Shown: positions 59,701-64,000 of the stretch, piece by piece
Position numbering within the stretch: the stretch's first letter is position 1
Layout of the letters: every line of letters starts with the position of its first letter
IMG/VR virus record: IMGVR_UViG_2529292852_000001
Location: 32,714-96,713 of that record
DNA from: a virus
Taxonomy: Duplodnaviria > Heunggongvirae > Uroviricota > Caudoviricetes
Direction: 5' to 3' (one strand)
Length of the DNA: 64,000 nt
Notes under the pieces: generated by a model
Told to the model about the DNA's origin: nothing
Databases searched by the model: none
The model's input: the letters and a program-made list of their open reading frames with translations, nothing else
Position numbers and translations under genes: made by a program

Positions 59701-60611
59701 GGGCTGTTCTTAATGAAGGATTGGAAGATCCTAATATTAGCGATGCAAACAAGGCTAAGTTAAGAGAACAACTTCAAGACTTAGACAAACAACAAGAAGT
59801 GTTAGATAATGCTAAAGCTATTCATACTAAGAAGGCTAAAACTTATGCAAGTAGCTCTATCAAACGTGCTGCAAAGATGAATGATCCAGCTAAAGTTAGA
59901 GCAAGTATGCAAAAACTTGCTCAACAAGCTACGAACCAACTTAATGAATTTGTTGATAATCCTGATGAAAAGAAAGTTAAAGTCATTGCAGAAGACTTTA
60001 GAAACCTTAAAGCACAAATGCAACGTTATAACATTACTCCAGAAGAAATTGGCTTTAACCCAGACGAGGCTTTGGTTGACTTAGAGCAAAATAGTAGTAA
60101 CTTGCCAGATAGTGTATTTGATGAAAATGCCTTAGCTATTGATGAAAACGGCTTGACTGATTATGCTGCTGATTACGGACGTAGAAATATGATTCGTAGA
60201 AAGGGTAGCATTGATTCAAATCCAACTCCAGACGGTTCAACTTTAGGCGATGTTATGAAGAGTAAGGTAAGCTTTGAAACTAAAGCTCCAAAAGAATTTA
60301 ACAATGCTGATAAGTTAGCTCAACAAGTTCAACAAATGAGAAAAGCAACTCCTAAGTCAGGTAATGGAATTGGTGGATCTGATGGCAAGACAATTATTCA
60401 AAATAACCCTGCCAATAATGGTGAAACAAAGGTAGTTCAAGATACTGTTAGTGGAGGAAACAATCCTTCTCAAACAGTAGTTCAAGGACAAAACAACCCA
60501 GAACAAACTATCCTTAGACGTAATGCTAACAACGGTGAAACAAAGGTAGTTCAAGATGTAGTTAGTGGTGGGAACAATCCTACGCAAACAAGTACAAGGA
60601 CAATAATGTAA
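56742..60611 (+). CDS. Large polytopic membrane protein with a C-terminal coiled coil (VirB6/TcpH-like candidate)
   Basis: ~10 TM helices in the first 700 aa, then ~500 aa of coiled coil. Terminal NANNGETKVVQDVVSGGNNP repeats. Confidence 0.35.
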   Translation: MEAIFLDYVKSVRPSLKKQSLLKFLKSKFVVLGVLLLTIFGSFGMLSQTTKADDSDNIATVYQYFLLKNRSSTSKQSFTDKMMKGILGQTDKSGILGSGGASGTFGYQELIDNSKDKTQAKRFSELMATLSYYNYISTQGNGFALLLSYVGRFFVGLILTILGAVMDIMINSWYLIINFLAKWNVFNLIGGTLAKSKTSTEIVQALGLNADSVQWFITTFLVLGVTTLVATFAFAVMKRGMKDADYSKVKGRIIGLLLVPISMMAGFELLSDITSYTSKDDAGNTPFASYLMDVKTWAEKYNFDLTVANVKTDGKTKGFVMTKYNPYSGFNPVTGQSASDSLTQTIFHSSDMSKGLFPNTNLAIDYLSSKVFDGYSYISYLQGEQSKKDGAYGSISSLIDSKGGKWIYDFDKPYSSTGIKLDDDYLKQNPMSKAKDDYVGKIDDEEKNVKSLASIWTDRYIYGYKNEGSKIEDYYKEGPSGEQISAAYGRNDKADGTALSVPSMFYVLNTHWNEQGGTFSIASPPTGAFKDIAKFADDRAIYYDVSMVGVPFFSVCGLIAIPLFTVLVFVAAIEAFLAMGVLDMNIRPLRAWMLAIIKGDYEYSVAVLVYGLGLVGSIIMATVVPNMLIKFFTGSLSGIFSRLSNSADNGSMSGGIGLFFTAFLAIIFWVAYVKNASGIRDKLTGFIMLPWTWASSTGQSLEDQANGGAKGLIGKGAALRNQKRERAAQRNRNMMDTAETWAAGGGMKKTRFGRKLDDLTGNRISGAQGKLSRAALLAQHAMGNYAEGVTGDDTHTAGENNLERIKRLGLAQRQAQKLAQLSRNAKNGKLGVDDKASEQIDDKIKNKIHPNDLSNLENGDALANAYNQIGKADEKINKDDDRIKDLKKKIAFQDDIATNPNSDPKTVEKAFAKKRKLMQELDKVQQDKKEHQNQKANLQQIADETAGKIKFNDNVEGLSKADTKYRQDLNKEVDRINAKQADIDKSRAVLNEGLEDPNISDANKAKLREQLQDLDKQQEVLDNAKAIHTKKAKTYASSSIKRAAKMNDPAKVRASMQKLAQQATNQLNEFVDNPDEKKVKVIAEDFRNLKAQMQRYNITPEEIGFNPDEALVDLEQNSSNLPDSVFDENALAIDENGLTDYAADYGRRNMIRRKGSIDSNPTPDGSTLGDVMKSKVSFETKAPKEFNNADKLAQQVQQMRKATPKSGNGIGGSDGKTIIQNNPANNGETKVVQDTVSGGNNPSQTVVQGQNNPEQTILRRNANNGETKVVQDVVSGGNNPTQTSTRTIM

Positions 60612-60689
60612 CGTCCTATGCCTTATAAGGAATAGGACGTTACATTATTGTCCTTGTACTCGGACGCTCTCCCTCGCTCCCTTATGTCT

Positions 60690-60830
60690 ATATATTTATT
60701 TATATTTTTGATGATTTTGTTCTCTTTGTCCTTTTATTCGGACACTTATATTATTTTATATATTTTATATTCTTTTTGTTTTTGTCCTTTTGTTAGGACA
60801 CTTATATTATTTTATATATTTATGTACATG
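60690..60830. repeat. AT-rich direct repeats (~38 bp, 2 copies) downstream of the membrane-protein gene
   Basis: TTTTATTCGGACACTTATATTATTTTATATATTTTA and TTTTGTTAGGACACTTATATTATTTTATATATTTA. Confidence 0.5.
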
Positions 60831-61109
60831 GTTATTTTTGTATACCTTTTTTGAAATAAATTTGTTTATATTTTTTATGGCTTTGTGGAGTTGTAGCAAA
60901 GTAGCTTTTTATCTTTTGAATCTAAAATGATCTGAATAAGTTGGATAAATGTTACTTAGGCAAGCAATAGAGGGATATTAGTTTACAAATGTGTTATAGG
61001 AACTTAAAAAGGCAACTTCGGAAAAGCCCTGAACTTTAGTTGCATCAAGGGTTTTAGCCTCTAAGTTACCTTTGTTATATATATTTGTAATTATCATGAA
61101 AGCCTAAAC

Positions 61110-61160
61110 GGCCCATAACGACAAAATGGCGCAATCCATTACGACAAAATGGCGCAACCT
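61110..61160. repeat. Iteron-like direct repeat ACGACAAAATGGCGCAA, 2 copies
   Basis: 61120-61136 and 61143-61159. Confidence 0.5.
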
Positions 61161-61399
61161 ATACCATAGACTACCAGAGATTAACTATATAGTGTCTCGG
61201 TACTAAGTTAGTTTTGATACGAAATAATAGTCTTTGCTATGTAGTCTATGACTGTTATTTAGTTCTTTATTTTTTTTTTTTTGAAAACTAAAAATAGTTA
61301 TTCTCTTACTTAGTTTTTATGATTTAGAGATCTGTTATGCAACTAAGTTAGTTTTGATTGCTATGTTAGTTAAGCAAGTTTTATTTGCTTTAGCTGCTA

Positions 61400-61545
61400 T
61401 GTTAGATATACAAGTTATTTTGGCTTTGATTGCTATATAGCTATGCAAGTTATTTTGGTTTTTCGCTTTTTTGTATTTTGGTTTTGATTGCTAAGTTAGT
61501 ATGCTCAACTAGGTTAGTGTGTTTGGCTATGTTAGATATACAAGT
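61400..61545. repeat. Direct repeats GCTATGTTAGATATACAAGTTATTT (2 copies) plus multiple GATTGCTA motifs. Origin-like region
   Basis: Copies near 61403 and 61516. Confidence 0.45.
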
Positions 61546-61844
61546 TATTTGAGTTTGAGATTGCTTGTTAGCAATGCAAATAGTTTTTATAGTGATGATC
61601 TTTGAAAAGTGGTAGTTAACTGCATAGATTTTGCTCTGTTTAGTTATATTTGCGATAAAGGGGATAGTGTTTAATTGCAGCATTAGTGTTCCTAGCCCAA
61701 TGTTTTCCTGAACCACAATGAGTCTATAAGGCAATAGAGGTGAATACATTCAGTTATTCGCTATCATAGTGGTTGAAAACCAAGTAATGTGTGCCGCCGC
61801 CGCCCCGCCCGCCGAGTGACACCCTGTCATAATTAGGGTAAAGA

Positions 61845-61892
61845 AAAAGTAGCCTAACCACGCAGACTAGAGTGGGGCTACTTTCTTGTTTT
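61845..61892. terminator. Terminator hairpin downstream of gene 61878-63353
   Basis: AGTAGCC...GGCTACT with a T-run after it on the minus strand. Confidence 0.4.
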
Positions 61893-63353
61893 AAGCGAAG
61901 GTAGGCTAGTTGTACGACCTTTTTTAGGACTCCAGACACGTTTGTCACGTTCCCCTTGACCGCCAAATTGCCACCAAGCAGTTTTTATCCAGTTTTCAAG
62001 GTTATTACTAGCACGTTCAAATTCCGAGTAAGCATTGTTAAAGGCGACAACCTGTTTGTCAGTAGCACTTATAAGCCTTTCAGTTTTAACTTTGAATTGC
62101 ATGATGTATCTCAGTCCTCTAATGCTGTTTCTTTGTCCTTGTCCGACTTGGTTAGCAAGGTCTAAGAGTTGTGTTACTTTCCTGTTGAAGTCAGCACTCA
62201 AAGCAACTGTTTCTGTTTCTAACTCTATGTCAGGTAGGTTGAACTGACTAGCTATTTCATTGATTCGATCCGTGTTTTCAGAAGTCCTGTTGTATGCTCC
62301 AGATGAAAAGTGATTTAATTCAGCTAAAACATCTTCAGGTATTCCGTCCTCAACGTCATGAACATCAACATCTCTAATATCAGGGTAAGTACTGATTAAA
62401 AGTGGCTCAATGTCTTTAGCTTTCCTAACTCTTTTAGTTGTTTTGTGGAGTTTAAAGGGAAGTGGGTTAAGGTATCTACTTTCCAGTTCGGCTAACTTGC
62501 TATCGCCTTTTTTTAGGGGTTCATTAGCAAGGTAAGCCTGATAAGCCTCTTCGGAGTAATCAAGGCTGCCAAACATTAGAACCATGCCTAAAGCCCTTTT
62601 GAAATCAGCAAAACTAACTTTTTCGTAGCTCATGTAACTCCTGTTTTCAAGGTCATGTAGCTTGTAGTTAAGTCGGCTTAGCCATCTTTGATACTGGGCG
62701 TATGCGTCAGCAGTAGCCACTACATTAAGTTGATTTCTAGTAGTTTGAGCTTTATATAAAGTCAGCCCAACTCTGTTATTCAAAACACTAACTATGTTAT
62801 CGACACGTTCTTTGAGCTGTTGATTTAAAGCTAGTTTATCTTCGTCAACTACTTGAACCACCTCAAAACTCTTGTCTTTTTTAGCGATCCACTCTTGAGT
62901 TTCAGTGTAGTTACGCAAAAGGTTGCTTTTATAGTAATCGACTTCTTCTAACAAGACTTCAGCAGCCTCAGGACTAACTTTTGATGCAAGTTCTTCAAGC
63001 CTGGACTTGCTATTTTCAGCTTGTTGCATTAACTGAGTTAGCGTGTTTAAAGTCCGTTTTGCTGTTTGCTTACTGTCAACTTGGATTCCGATAGCTAATA
63101 CATCGTTTAGTTTTTCCGTGTATCTGTTTAAAGCAAGTTCATAAGTCTGTTTTTCGATGCTATGGAGTCGGCTTTCTTCTTGTTTTTGCAAAGCCATTTT
63201 AACGTTGATTCTCCAAGCTCTAATCTTGTTTGTATTTTTCTTGTGAGTATTCTTTTCAGCGTGTGCCTCTTGAGCCATCGCCTTGACTTCTTTAATCAAA
63301 GCAAGTTCTTCTTCAATTTGTTGAGTTATTTTGTAACCAGAACCATCTGCCAT
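61878..63353 (-). CDS. Hypothetical coiled-coil protein (491 aa)
   Basis: Long helical protein. No catalytic motif recognised. Confidence 0.45.
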   Translation of the reverse strand: MADGSGYKITQQIEEELALIKEVKAMAQEAHAEKNTHKKNTNKIRAWRINVKMALQKQEESRLHSIEKQTYELALNRYTEKLNDVLAIGIQVDSKQTAKRTLNTLTQLMQQAENSKSRLEELASKVSPEAAEVLLEEVDYYKSNLLRNYTETQEWIAKKDKSFEVVQVVDEDKLALNQQLKERVDNIVSVLNNRVGLTLYKAQTTRNQLNVVATADAYAQYQRWLSRLNYKLHDLENRSYMSYEKVSFADFKRALGMVLMFGSLDYSEEAYQAYLANEPLKKGDSKLAELESRYLNPLPFKLHKTTKRVRKAKDIEPLLISTYPDIRDVDVHDVEDGIPEDVLAELNHFSSGAYNRTSENTDRINEIASQFNLPDIELETETVALSADFNRKVTQLLDLANQVGQGQRNSIRGLRYIMQFKVKTERLISATDKQVVAFNNAYSEFERASNNLENWIKTAWWQFGGQGERDKRVWSPKKGRTTSLPSLKTRK

Positions 63354-63417
63354 TTTTATCCACCACCTTTAAGTTTAATTCGACACTAGAATGTGCCTGA
63401 GAGCCAAAATTTTGCAC

Positions 63418-63610
63418 GTAGAGCAATTTTAAGTCTTTTTGAGTATAATTATACCCTTTTAGTCTAAACGATCTTAAAAGAGCTTATATTAAATTTTAAG
63501 GGTATATATTAAATAGCTTCTCTTATTTGCTACCTAAGAGCTACGTAGAACGATTTTAAGACTATTTTAGTGTAATTATATCCGTCAGCATCTAAACGTC
63601 CTTAGAAGAG
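63418..63610. repeat. Two imperfect ~65-bp direct repeats upstream of gene 61878-63353
   Basis: GTAGAGCAATTTTAAGTCTTTTTGAGTATAATTATACCC... and GTAGAACGATTTTAAGACTATTTTAGTGTAATTATATCC... Confidence 0.4.
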
Positions 63611-64000
63611 CTGTGAGAGCCTCAAAAAACTATCTAAGATATTTCAGATTGCTCGAAGAGCAATTCCTTGTTCTAACTCTTAGAAACATCGCTAGACCTA
63701 TCTTTCTTCAAACTCCAAAGTCAACTTTCCTAACTTCCAAAAACCAACTTCTGTTTTTCCTGTACCAAAATGTCGCAACGAAGATCAAAAACCAGTTTTT
63801 TCTGTTTTATTCCTGAACCCTGTGAGCCACAAGAGTTTGAGCCTTGTTTCTGTTCTTTATAACTGAGCAAAAACTAGCTTAAAAAGCACGCTAGAAACGT
63901 TGTTATGCCAAAGCAAAACACACTTTTGCAATTAACTTTTGTTTTTTCTGAGTCAAAACGGAACTTCTAAAAGTCAAAAAGTTAGTTTTACATATGCTTC

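Noticed and set aside
61450-61966. ORFs 61450-61749 and 61754-61966 as genes
   Set aside because: They lie inside the iteron-rich, repeat-dense origin-like region and the GC island, with no RBS. Most likely noncoding.
61878-63353. The 491-aa coiled-coil protein as a Mob/Pre relaxase
   Set aside because: It has no HxH or catalytic Tyr motif pattern of MobM/Pre-type relaxases at the N-terminus. Only its helical character is similar. It is left as hypothetical.

Overview
AT-rich accessory DNA (roughly one-third GC by eye), most likely part of a large plasmid or conjugative element from a Lactobacillaceae-like Firmicute. The window contains: (1) an AgI/II-family YSIRK surface adhesin (partial, minus strand), followed by two promoterless V-region cassette fragments that flank a tyrosine recombinase and EPS genes (Wzx-like flippase, glf); (2) a transfer-like block (FtsK/SpoIIIE-type ATPase, CxxC thioredoxin-like protein, LysM/Apf-like wall protein, flotillin); (3) two near-identical IS200/IS605-family IscB elements, each with a conserved upstream omega-RNA region; (4) replication and partition modules (DnaB-like helicase plus initiator, HU, ParA plus a small partner protein plus centromere-like repeats, a RepA_N initiator, ParM/ParR); (5) a dense non-coding landscape (27.3-32.7 kb and 39.5-41.9 kb) holding two paralogous tnpB genes, at least five CRISPR-like mini-arrays (36-nt repeats, 30-nt spacers) each abutted by a conserved ~140-nt scaffold carrying an anti-repeat, and more than 20 anticodon-arm-less tRNA-like mini-elements that punctuate genes, scaffolds and arrays; (6) a degenerate IS607-like element (frameshifted serine recombinase plus tnpB), a DEAD-box helicase, a triple-AAA+ Clp-like ATPase, a polytopic coiled-coil membrane protein and an iteron-rich origin-like region. 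The TnpB / tRNA-like / mini-array landscape is the strongest candidate for an undescribed system.
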